Positions 49,503-60,700 of a stretch of 64,000 nt of DNA are shown here, piece after piece. This DNA is from Macrostomum lignano. Taxonomy: Eukaryota. How positions within the stretch are numbered: the first letter of the stretch is position 1; each line of letters opens with the position of its first letter. Position numbers and translations under genes: made by a program. The stretch covers positions 1 to 64,000 of the forward strand of contig NIVC01001128.1 in NCBI GenBank assembly GCA_002269645.1, written 5' to 3'. The notes beneath the pieces were generated by a model. It was given only the letters and a program-made list of their open reading frames with translations, was not told the DNA's origin and ran no database searches.

Positions 49503-51537
49503 AAAGTAGTAGCACTAAGGGCAATAGTACACGCATTACCAGTGGCTCTTATCGTTAGTTCCCCACCCCGCCACTCCGCACAGATTCACGGCGGCGATCC
49601 CAGGCCAACGCCGGAGGAAAAGAACCGACCGAAAGGCGAGCTGGTGCTGCTGTCTGGCGCCACTGGCACAAGGATACGCTGGAAGTACGTGCCTGACAAG
49701 CACGAGTCCTATTATTCGCCGCAGGTGATCAGCCTTGGTGAAGGCACCAAAGCCATTCTGTTTGGCACGGGTGGTGAGACTATTCCAGGCGCTTTGTACC
49801 TGCTGCGGCTGAGGACTTTCCTGCTGACTGGAGAGATCGATAAGGTATGCATGCTGTTGACCGCCTTGGCCGGGCATATTGCCCATCTGACCTTAGTTGA
49901 CTTGAATTGACAACTTGACCTCCAAAGTACTCGGTGCCCTGGTTGTATTTTGAATAATTCTGTGACCAAATTTAACCTTGGCTAATCCCAGAGACCAAAC
50001 CTTCACCTCAACTGACTCCTGAGATCAAACTTCAGCTCAAATGACCCTAGAGGCCAACCTTAACCTCAAATGGCCCCTGAAGCCAAAATTCATCTCAAAT
50101 GACCCCTGAGGCTAAATATCCTAGGATATCCTAGGAACTAAAAACGTGACCTCAAGTGACCTCTGGAACCCGAATCCCGGTATATTTTTGCAGGCTAGAA
50201 AAATCTACTCAACCAAGGACAAAGGCATCATGACGCCGCCGGTTCTAGCCGATGTAAATCGCGATCGAGTTCACGACATTGTCATGGCAACCTTCAACGG
50301 GTCCGTGATCGCATTCGACGGAGTGACGTTCAAGAAGATCTGGCAGACTGATTTTAAACACGGCGAAACCTACAGCACACCGGCTCCTGGCTACTATAAT
50401 GACGACGATGTCCCGGACTTTTTTGTGCAATACAGCATCGGAATTGGCTATCCAATCTATTTCTATGCTAGGGTGAGCCTATATTGTGTGACTTTAACTA
50501 GCTCGAAATTTCACATTGTTAAAAAAGTTTAATGAGCTGGAAACGTCACAAGCTGGAAGCTTCACATGAGTTCCAATCTTCACAAGCTGGAAGCTTCACA
50601 TGAGTTCCAATCTTCACAAGCTGGAAGCTTCACATCAGTTCCAACCTTCACAAGCTCTAAGCTTCACATGAGTTCCAACCTTCACAAGCTGGAAGCTTCA
50701 CATGAGTTCCAATCTTCACAAGCTGGAAACTTCACATGAGTTCCAATCTTCACAAGCTGGAAGCTTCACATCAGTTCCAACCTTCACAAGCTCTAAGCTT
50801 CACATGAGTTCCAACCTTCACAAGCTGGAAGCCTTAATGCTGGAAGCTTCACAAGCTGAAAGCTTCACAAGCTGGAAGCTTCACAAGCTGGAAGCTTCAC
50901 ACGAGTTCCAACATTCACAAGCTGAAGGCTTCGCATCAGTTAATTTTCATATATTCAATAATTGCAGTACGCCATTCTGGACGGTCGAACTGGCGAGATC
51001 ATTATCGAACTGCCGTTCTCTTCCGTGTCGGTGATCACCTCGCCTCTGACCGTATCGTTTGAAGGAGCCGGCCACGATGTATTTCTCTATTGGAAGAAGG
51101 ACTGCTACCGGCACGAGGGACAGATAATGAAAAATCAGTTTTCCTACTGTAAGTACTGTAATAGCTCGCTTTTATTTAAATTTTCATTGGCCATAAAATA
51201 AATATAATAATGACTTTACCTACTTCAAGTAGTATCGTTAGTATTTCTATAGGCTGTAAAAGTATGGTAAGAAAGTACAGTTTTCTGTCGTGGATGTTCT
51301 TGATCATGATGCCCTTAATCGCTTTTGTTATTCCGAAATCCATTCGGATTTCCAGCCTATCACCAGTCAGTGGCCAGTCACACTGAGTTCTGCCGTGCTC
51401 AGTTCAACACCACCTACGTAACTAAATTGCTGATGATTGGGCAGCACATCAAACCGCCAGGCATACTGCTCTATCATAGTCGTGAGTTTTAATCATCATC
51501 TGTCTGATGTCTGTCTGTCTGTCTGCCTGCCTCTCTC

Positions 51538-51608
<71 letters not shown>

Positions 51609-51611
51609 TAG

Positions 51612-51648
<37 letters not shown>

Positions 51649-52395
51649 TAGTGTCTGTCTGTCTGTCTGTCTGCCTATCTGTCTGTGTCTGTGTCTGTCT
51701 GTCTGTCTGTCTGCCTGCCTCTCTGTCTGTCTGTCCGACTGCCTGTGTGTCTGTCTACCTCCCAACCCAACTCCATCCCCAGACCGCTACTTTCACGAGG
51801 AGAACCAGTACAACTTGGACTCTTGGCGCCGAGACGCCCAGCGCTATCTGCTGAACAGCGGCGCCGATCGCGACCTGTACGATGAATTCAACTCGTTCTT
51901 CAGTCAGGTCAGCAAGCTGTCCAACCACCAGTTCGATTCAACAGGCCCAGACGCAGTGCTTGGAGGAGCCGGTGGCGGCATCGCTGGTTTTGGCGACTAC
52001 GGCAACATTCCGGATTATGACAACTCTTATCCCGAATATGTGAGTAGCATGTAGTAATTGAAATATGCTTCAGTAAATTTTCTAATTAGCATTAATATGT
52101 TTGATTTCGTTATTCTAATTTATCTATAGACCAACAATCGAGATGGCAATGTAAGGCTGATGTTTTCTGTTAAATACGAGTAATTGGTGTTGATTTTGAA
52201 TCGTTAGCTTGCTTGATCTTATATAGCAGACATTGCCTGTTGGGGTTGGTTTCTGTTGGCTGTGCTTGCTGACTACTGATTTATAATGGTGATTGGTGAT
52301 CAAATTTCTTTGCCTGTTTAGTTTAGATTATTTCGACAGACAGACAGACAGACAGACAGACACTAAGACAGACACAGACAGCCAGACAGACAGGC

Positions 52396-52456
<61 letters not shown>

Positions 52457-52477
52457 CAGACAGCCAGACAGACAGGC

Positions 52478-52546
<69 letters not shown>

Positions 52547-52591
52547 CTAAGACAGACACAGACAGCCAGACAGACAGGCAGACAGACAGAC

Positions 52592-52684
<93 letters not shown>

Positions 52685-54392
52685 CACAGACACTATGATA
52701 AACAGACAGACAGACAGACAGACAGACACTAAGACAGACACAGACACTATGATAGACAGACAGACAGACAGACACTAAGACAGACACAGACACTATGATA
52801 GACAGACAGACAGACAGGCAGACAGACACTAAGACAAACAGACAGACAGAGGAACACTAAGACACAGACACAGTGAAGTCAATATGATTACGCAACTTCA
52901 CTCTCCAATTGGCTTGCAATCAAACAGGACACCGGCGCCAACAGTCGTTACGCTCTGCCGTCAGCCGCGCTGCCCCGCGCCCGACCAAAGCGGCACATTG
53001 GGCCGCACGACGGTCAGGGCAGCATGCGGGTGATCTCCACTGGCACTCTGGCGCCCTCCTTGCCTCCGGTTGGCCACAACGCGTCCAGCAGTATCGACGT
53101 TTTATTTACTATCTACGTTGGCGCCCCGGCGCCTAGCGCCACCGTTATGACGCCAGCGGAAGCGAAGTGCTTCGCCGATCTAATGGACAAAGAAGGCCAG
53201 CGGTTTGATAAGAATAGTGAGTTTGATTTTAAGATTAAAAAGCGAATTAAAATTAGTAGTTTTTCATCAGGAATAGATTGATTGTGCAGGTTTAGTCATT
53301 GAACCGAAAGTAGTCTGAGTCGGGTTTTTTTACTAAAAGTAGTACGAAACGACAGTCATTTTTTTCTTTACAGGAAGTAGTCTGAGGCGGTTTTTACTGA
53401 AAGTAGTCTGAGGCGGTTTTTACTGAAAGTAGTCTGGGACGGTTTTTACTAAAAATAGTATGAGACGATTTTTTTACTGAAAATAGTCTTAGAAGCGTTT
53501 TACTGAAAGTTGTATGTGACGGATAATATTTTACACCTGTACAGGCGAGTTTTACGGCTATGACACCGATCGCTACCGTGACTACGCCAGCAAGCAGTGC
53601 GCCAGGCACTACGGTAGCGTTGAAAATTTTCGCAAAATTCTTGACGGTTTAACAACTTCGTCCGATTATTTCGGTTTAAACTATCTGCAGCTGACCCTGT
53701 ACAGGTGAGTCTGTTCTTTGTTATTTAACAAACCAAATCTTGTATCGGCTTTGGCTTTGGCTTTGGCTTTGGCCTAGTCTATATCCAGGCTTTTAACTGC
53801 ATCTAAATTGTCCAAATGAAACGTCATTTTTACGCTTCAATTGAGCATTGAATGGTCACCTGTAGCTTGTCACCTGTAGATTGTCATCTGTAGCTTGTCA
53901 CCTGTAGCTTGTCACCTGTAGATTGTCACCTGGATATTGTCACCTGTAGATTGTCACCTGTAGATTGTCATCTGTAGATTGTCACCTGTAGCTTGTCACC
54001 TGTAGATTGTCACCTGGATATTGTCATCTGTAGATTGTCACCTGTAGCTTGTCACCTGTAGCTTGTCACCTGTAGATTGTCACCTGGATATTGTCACCTG
54101 TAGATTGTCATCTGTAGATTGTCACCTGTATATTGTCATCTGTAGATTGTCACCTGTAAATTTTCACCTGTAGATTGTCATCTGTAGCTTGTCACCTGTA
54201 GCTTGTCACCTGTAGGTTGTCACGTAGCTGTTTATTTAATTGAATCCCTAATACTTAAAAAACCTCAGGAAACGGATCACCTGCCACTGCAACAGATCTC
54301 AGCCCTGTCTGCATATTCTACCGTTCGAGAAGCAGCGCTGGGGCTCCTATTTGGGCAATCACGCAGACGCTTATATGCGAAATCCTATCTGA
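44462..54392 (+). CDS. Type II membrane FG-GAP/PQQ-like beta-propeller protein (FAM234/ITFG3-related); exons 44462-44656, 45290-45848, 48270-48484, 48973-49104, 49584-49844, 50194-50472, 50968-51148, 51356-51481, 51783-52039, (52130-52150 candidate), 52928-53216, 53545-53704, 54269-54392; about 925-932 aa
   Basis: Phase-consistent GT-AG exon chain. Low-complexity acidic/Gly N-terminus, one hydrophobic segment ([27 protein letters not shown]), repeated DxNxDG motifs ([43 protein letters not shown]) and AxDGxxGxxIW propeller motifs. The first and last exons are less certain. Confidence 0.8.
45990..47125. repeat. 22-23-bp minisatellite (AAACCAATTAGAGAATCGCCCCT)n, intronic
   Basis: About 50 tandem copies. 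Confidence 0.95.
47650..47985. repeat. 12-bp C/T-rich repeat (CCCCTCTCCCTT)n
   Basis: Tandem copies. Confidence 0.9.
48525..48855. repeat. 23-bp minisatellite (TAAACTCAGTAATGGAGTGACTG)n, intronic
   Basis: Tandem copies. Confidence 0.9.
49135..49515. repeat. (TAG)n/(TTG)n microsatellite, intronic
   Basis: Direct observation. Confidence 0.95.
50530..50935. repeat. 34-bp minisatellite (CACAAGCTGGAAGCTTCACATGAGTTCCAATCTT)n, intronic
   Basis: Tandem copies. Confidence 0.9.
51505..51758. repeat. (CTGT)n microsatellite, intronic
   Basis: Direct observation. Confidence 0.95.
52336..52875. repeat. (GACA)n microsatellite, intronic
   Basis: Direct observation; reverse complement of the 51505-51758 tract. 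Confidence 0.95.
53300..53510. repeat. About 26-bp degenerate minisatellite (AAAGTAGTCTGAGGCGGTTTTTACTG)n
   Basis: Several tandem copies. Confidence 0.8.
53860..54215. repeat. 14-bp minisatellite (TGTCACCTGTAGAT)n
   Basis: Tandem copies. Confidence 0.95.
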
Positions 54393-54647
54393 GCATTAAA
54401 TATGCAATTTTCAGTTACATATTCGTCATTCGATGTGTCTTTTACGACTCAATATGAATTATCTTTTGTGTTTCCGTGTGTGTTTTTTCTTCCTTTGTTA
54501 TTATTGGCTCGATTAGTTATAGATTCTTATAATCTTGATGGTCAGTTTTTTAAGCAGATATCATAATATTATGTACGTATATTATAGCACACTTTGTGAT
54601 TTTGTTCGTGTCTTCTTAAATCTTGTGTTTTCGAACAGCCGTTTTTC

Positions 54648-55500
54648 GATAATTATGACCCAGGTCATTGATGGGTTACACGATAATTATGACCCAGGTC
54701 ATCGATGAGTTACAGGATAATTATGACCCAGGTCATTGATGGGTTACACGATAATTATGACCCAGGTCATCGATGGGTTACAGGATACTTATGACCCAGA
54801 TCATTGATGGGTTACAGGATAATTATGACCCAGGTCATTGATGGGTTACACGATAATTATGACCCAGATCATTGATGGGTTACAGGATAATTATGACCCA
54901 GGTCATTGATGGGTTACACGATAATTATGACCCAGATCATTGATGGGTTACAGGATAATTATGACCCAGGTCATTGGTAGGTTACAGGATAATTATGACC
55001 CAGGTCATGGTCATTGATAGGTTACACGATAATTATGACCCAGGTCATTGATAGGTTACAGGATGATTATGACCCAGGTCATTGATGGGTTACACGATAA
55101 TTATGACCCAGGTCATTGGCTGGGTACACGATAATTATGACCCAGATCATTGATGGGTTACAGGATAATTATGACCCAGGTCATTGATGGGTTACACGAT
55201 AATTATGACCCAGATCATTGATGGGTTACAGGATAATTATGACCCAGGTCATTGATGGGTTACACGATAATTATGACCCAGATCATTGATGGGTTACAGG
55301 ATAATTATGACCCAGGTCATTGGCTGGTTACACGATAATTATGAGCCAGGTCATTGATGGGTTACACGATAATTATAACCCAGGTCATTGATAGGTTACA
55401 GGATAATTATGACCCTGGTCATTGATGGGTTACACGATAATTATGACCCAGGTCATTGGCAGGTTACAGGATAATTATGACCCAGGTCATTGATGGGTTT
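54648..55500. repeat. 34-bp minisatellite (GATAATTATGACCCAGGTCATTGATGGGTTACAC)n
   Basis: About 25 tandem copies. Confidence 0.95.
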
Positions 55501-56109
55501 CACAAAATTTTATTGTTATGGTGAATACTAGATCGTAAATAAAATGTACTTTTGAAAAAATTCCAAAAAAGTGAATGTTGTTGTCAAAACAAAACTTCCT
55601 ATATTAGCCCTTCCACGTATTGTCTATGGCTTGTGCGACTCAAGTTTCTATACTGTTGTCATATCTCAGCAATGACAAAGTGATCTTTGAAGATTTTTTT
55701 ATTGAATTCCATTTCACCATGTCATAAATTTCTTTTTTTTTCTCTTCATTGTTGTTCGTACATAGCTTACGTGTATTTACAAGATTGTTTTCTGTCGCGT
55801 TTTAAATAAACAATATATTCCCCACTGTTATATTTTGTTGTTCTGTTTGCATTTACATTCCTGTTTAACTGATATTATTGTTATACTCATTCGTGTTTTA
55901 TCGGTATGGTAATTTTTTGCTTTTCAATTTTTTTTGTTTTCCTTTTTAGTGTTTCCACAGCTAATGACAGTAGCTTAAGAGCATGATGGATTATTGTGTT
56001 TGTTCCTTCGTATTTTTATTTATTGTCTTTGTTCTAGACTTGTGCATTCTTATCCAACTCAGCTATGGGACATTCATTACCTGACATTAACGAGAACCTA
56101 AACTCAGTG

Positions 56110-56425
56110 TCTGGGCCAGCCTCCCAGATCCTCAGTTGCAGGGCCAGCCTCCCAGATCCTCAGTTGCTGGGCCAGCCTCCCAGATCCTCAGTTGCTGGGC
56201 CAGCCTCCCAGATCCTCAGTTGCAGGGCCAGCCTCCCAGATCCTCAGTTGCTGGGCCTGCCTCCCAGATCGTCAGTTGCTGGGCCAGCCTCCCAGATCGT
56301 CAGTTGCTGGGCCAGCCTCCCAGATCCTCAGTTGCTGGGCCAGCCTCCCAGATCGTCAGTTGCTGGGCCAGCCTCCTATTCCCTCAGTTGCTGGGCCAGC
56401 CTCCCAGATCCTCAGTTACTGGGCA
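56110..56425. repeat. 28-bp minisatellite (GGGCCAGCCTCCCAGATCCTCAGTTGCT)n
   Basis: About 11 tandem copies. Confidence 0.95.
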
Positions 56426-56918
56426 GTTGATTCTCCTATCAGCATAAGCTCTTTTAACCACTCCTGTTATTCAATGCTTTTAGCAACAAAATTTATCAGT
56501 TTGTTTTCATTGCCACTTAAGTCGGTGTTTGTTCACTGCTTGATTAGCGCTGTGTGATGAATAATCGGTCATCTCTGTTGTCTTATTGCCCATTTTTTGT
56601 TAAATCGTCTTTCAGCGTCCTGTCAGTCTAGTTTTATGTTTGCTGTTTGTCCGGCTGAACCGAATAGTGAAAGATGATAATTTTGTGAATTCGTGTTATC
56701 TTGATATGGTTTCGGCTTGACAGTTTGTGTTGTTAATGAATAGTCTTTGAACACCTAATACATGTTGGCTGTTCTAGAAATGACTAAGTTTTTGTAGCTG
56801 GTGATTTAAGTATGCTTATAATACCGGATATCCCCTCTTATTTTTATGTCTGTTCCCGTTTTTTGTCAAGATGTTTATGATAATAATTGATTTACACCTG
56901 CCACTAATTTATTATACT

Positions 56919-57130
56919 GGGGGTTCTAGCCTAGTGGTGAGAACGTCGGACTTACAACTTAAAGGTCGGGGGTTCGATTCCCGATTCCACTGGGAACAAT
57001 TTGTGTCTGGTGTAATTGAGGGTGTGTGTGGCGAACCCCCCCCCCCCCCCAGTCCTTGGACTGAACAAGCTGCGGCTGAGCTGTCGGTTGCACATCTGGC
57101 CCAATTGGGGCAGGTGTAATCAATTATTAA
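56919..57130 (+). mobile_element. tRNA-derived SINE, same family, internally deleted copy with a 9-bp TSD
   Basis: Shares the head and the 3' block (GCTGCGGCTGAGCTGTCGGTTGCACATCTGGCCCAATTGGGGCAGGTG) with 22205-22498. TATTATACT is duplicated at 56910-56918 and 57131-57139. Confidence 0.85.
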
Positions 57131-57778
57131 TATTATACTACTGTTAGTAACTAGATATGTATACAAATGTGGATCGTAATTGTTTATTTTATTTTAAAGT
57201 TGTCGCCAGTAATTTCGAATTGTGAATGATAATGGTATTTATTAAATATTACTGTGCATTAACGACCGTACGTTATTTCTTGCGCCTGTCTGCTTGTGTG
57301 TTTTTTTCTTTCCTCCAATCTTTTATCTTATTATCTATTCCTCTGTTTCATTGGCCACCATCTCTGATGTGAAATAATTTTCTAATAAAAAAGCGCACAA
57401 AAATAATGTCACAGAACGGCAATTAATGTTTATATTGACTGTTGTTTTGTACTTAGACTGTTCTTTGTGGAGTCCTTGATTTTGGAGTTAGCAGCTGAAT
57501 TATCTATCAAAGATCTTTTATTTATTATTGATCTATATTTTATTGTTTTCGTGTTCCATCTATTCAAAATACAACTGAAATAATATTGATCATTTTTGTG
57601 TCCGATTCTGTGTTTATTTTGTTGTCTTCTTTTGCTGCCTCAATTTCTGTCTTTAGGGTTAAGTTTATTCACAAATCGCAATCCAGAGAGTATTTAGTAT
57701 TCTAGTAGTATTAAATCTGAAAGTAGTATTAAATGCTTGAACGATTTCATGCATGCTATAAACTCTAAACAGCTCAAA

Positions 57779-60700
57779 ATGCTGCAATCCAAGGTGCTGA
57801 TGCGCCACCCGATGTTGAAGTGGTTCTTAATGTCCCACGAGAAGCAGTCCTACGTGCTGCAGCTGGCTATTCTGTCTCTGGCTATGATTCTGTGTAAGTA
57901 TTTGTTTATATTGACTTGATTGAAATAGTACTGATTAAATCGGTTGATTTTACTGAGAATTGTTTTAATTTCATTGGCTGTTAGTCTAGCTTCAATTTCA
58001 TTGGCTGTTAGTCTAGCTTCAATTTCATTGGCTGTTAGTCTAGCTTCAATTTCATTGGCTGTTAGTCTAGCTTCAATTTCATTGGCTGTTAGTCTAGCTT
58101 CAATTTCATTGGCTGTTCGGCTAGCTTCAATTTCATTGGCTGTTAGGCTAGCTTAAATTTTATTGGCTGTTAAGCTAGCTTCATTTTGATTGGTTGTCGG
58201 GCAGCTCATGTATCGAATTCAGCCTATCTAAACTTACATTCCACCGCAACCCTGCAGCCTTCTGCACCCGCCTGTTCTCCGTGATCCGATTCGGCTCCAT
58301 GATCCACGAGTTCGATCCCTACTTCAACTATCGCACTACAAAGTACCTGGCCGAAAAAGGTTTCTACGAATTTCATAACTGGTTCGACGACCGAGCCTGG
58401 TACCCGCTCGGGCGCATCATTGGCGGCACGATCTATCCCGGCCTCATGGTTACCAGCACCGCTCTGTACCATCTGTTGAACACTTTCAACTTCACCGTTG
58501 ACATTCGTGAGGTTTGCGTATTCTTGGCGCCGCTGTTTAGCTCGCTAACAACTCTGGTCACCTTCCTGATGACGCGGGAGTTGCACAGCACCGGTGCTGG
58601 CCTGTTCGCCGCCTGCTGCATCAGCATCGTGCCAGGCTACATCTCCCGCTCCGTTGCCGGCTCCTACGATAACGAAGGCATCGCCATATTCTGCATGCTG
58701 CTCACTTATTATTTCTGGATTAAATCGGTGAAGACTGGCTCGCTATGCTGGTCGGCCTGCTGCGCCCTGTCCTATTTCTACATGGTGTCCGCCTGGGGCG
58801 GCTACGTTTTCCTAGTCAACCTCATCCCAATTCACGTGCTCTGCCTCATGCTTACTGGCCGATTTCATCACAAAATCTACGTTGCCTATTCCACATTCTA
58901 TTGTTTAGGCACCGTATTGTCCATGCAAATTAGCTTTGTCGGTTTCCAGCCGGTCCAGACATCCGAGCATATGGGCGCTCTGGGCGTGTTCGGCCTGTGC
59001 CAGATCTATAGCTTTGTTGAGTACGTTCGATCCAAGCTGACTAAGGAGAACTTCACGGCTCTATTCAGGACTATACTCATGTTCTCTCTGGGCTGCTTCG
59101 CCCTGTTCTTAGCTGTGCTCACTCTCAGCGGAAAAGTGGCACCTTGGACTGGCCGCTTCTATTCTCTGTTGGACCCGAGCTACGCTAAGAACAACATCCC
59201 GATCATTGCGTCCGTGTCCGAGCATCAGCCTACCGCCTGGTCCAGCTTCTATTTCGATTTGCACGTGCTGACTATCATGTTCCCTGTTGGATTGTACTAT
59301 TGCTTCAAGAACCTGACGGATCATAACATCTTTGTGATCCTGTACGGTGTCACCTCAATCTACTTTGCCGTGAGTGACGTTTATTTTCTATACATGTAGT
59401 TTCAACAGATTTTAATGAGTTTATAGAAACAGCCGTTTACCTATGAGATTGTGATACGGTTATCTCACTATGAGATTTTGATACTGTTATCTCACAATGA
59501 GATTTTGATACTGTTATCTCACTATGAAATTTTGATACTGTTATCTCACTATGAGATTTTGATACTGTTATTTCACTGTGAGATTTTGATACGGTTATCT
59601 CACTATGAAATTTTGATACGGTTATCTCACTATGAGATTTTGATACTGTTATCTCACTATGAAATTTTGATACGGTTATCTCACTATGAGATTTTGATAC
59701 TGTTATTTCACTGTGAGATTTTGATACGGTTATCTCACTATGAGATTTCAATACGGTTATCTCACTGTGAGATTTTGATACGGTTATCTCACTATGAGAT
59801 TTTGATACTGTTATCTCACAATGAGATTTTGATACTGTTATCTCACTGTGAGATTTTGATACGGTTATCTCACTATGAGATTTTGATACTGTTATTTCAC
59901 TGTGAGATTTTGATACGGTTATCTCACTATGAGATTTTGATACTGTTATCTCACTGTGAGATTTTGATACGGTTATCTCACTGTGAGATTTTGATACGGT
60001 TATCTTACTGAGATTTCAATACTGTTATCCCACTGTGAGATTTTGATATTGTTATCTCACTACTGTTATCTCACTATGAAATTTTGATACGGTTATCTCA
60101 CTATGAGATTTTGATACTGTTATCTCACAATGAGATTTTGATGCTGTTATCTCACTGTGAGATTTTGATACGGTTATCTCACTATGAGATTTTGATACTG
60201 TTATCTCACAATGAGATTTTGATGCTGTTATCTCACTGTGAGATTTTGATACGGTTATCTCACTATGATATTTTGATACTGTTATCTCACTGTGAGATTT
60301 TGATACGGTTATCTCACTGTGAGATTTTGATACGGTTATCTTACTGAGATTTCAATACTGTTATCTCACTATGAGATGTTGATACTGTTATCTCACTATG
60401 AGATTTTGATACTGTTATCTCACTATGAGATTTCAATACGGTCATCTCACTATGAGATTTTGATACGGTTATCTCACTATGAGGTTTTGATACTGTTATC
60501 TCACTATGAGATTTCAATACGGTCATCTCACTATGAGATTTTGATACTGTTATCTCACTATGAGATTTCAATACGGTTATCTCACTATGAGATTTTGATA
60601 AGGTCATCTCACTATGAGATTTTGATACTGTTATCTCACCATGAGATTTTGATACGATTATCTCACTATGAGATTTCAATACGATTATCTCACTATGAGA

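Noticed and set aside
49195-49536. Poly-Leu/Gln and poly-Val ORFs
   Set aside because: A (TAG)n microsatellite inside an intron.
54648-55500. CRISPR-like appearance of palindromic 27-34 bp repeats (also 59440-60790)
   Set aside because: The units are head-to-tail with no unique spacers, there are no cas genes, and the context is eukaryotic.
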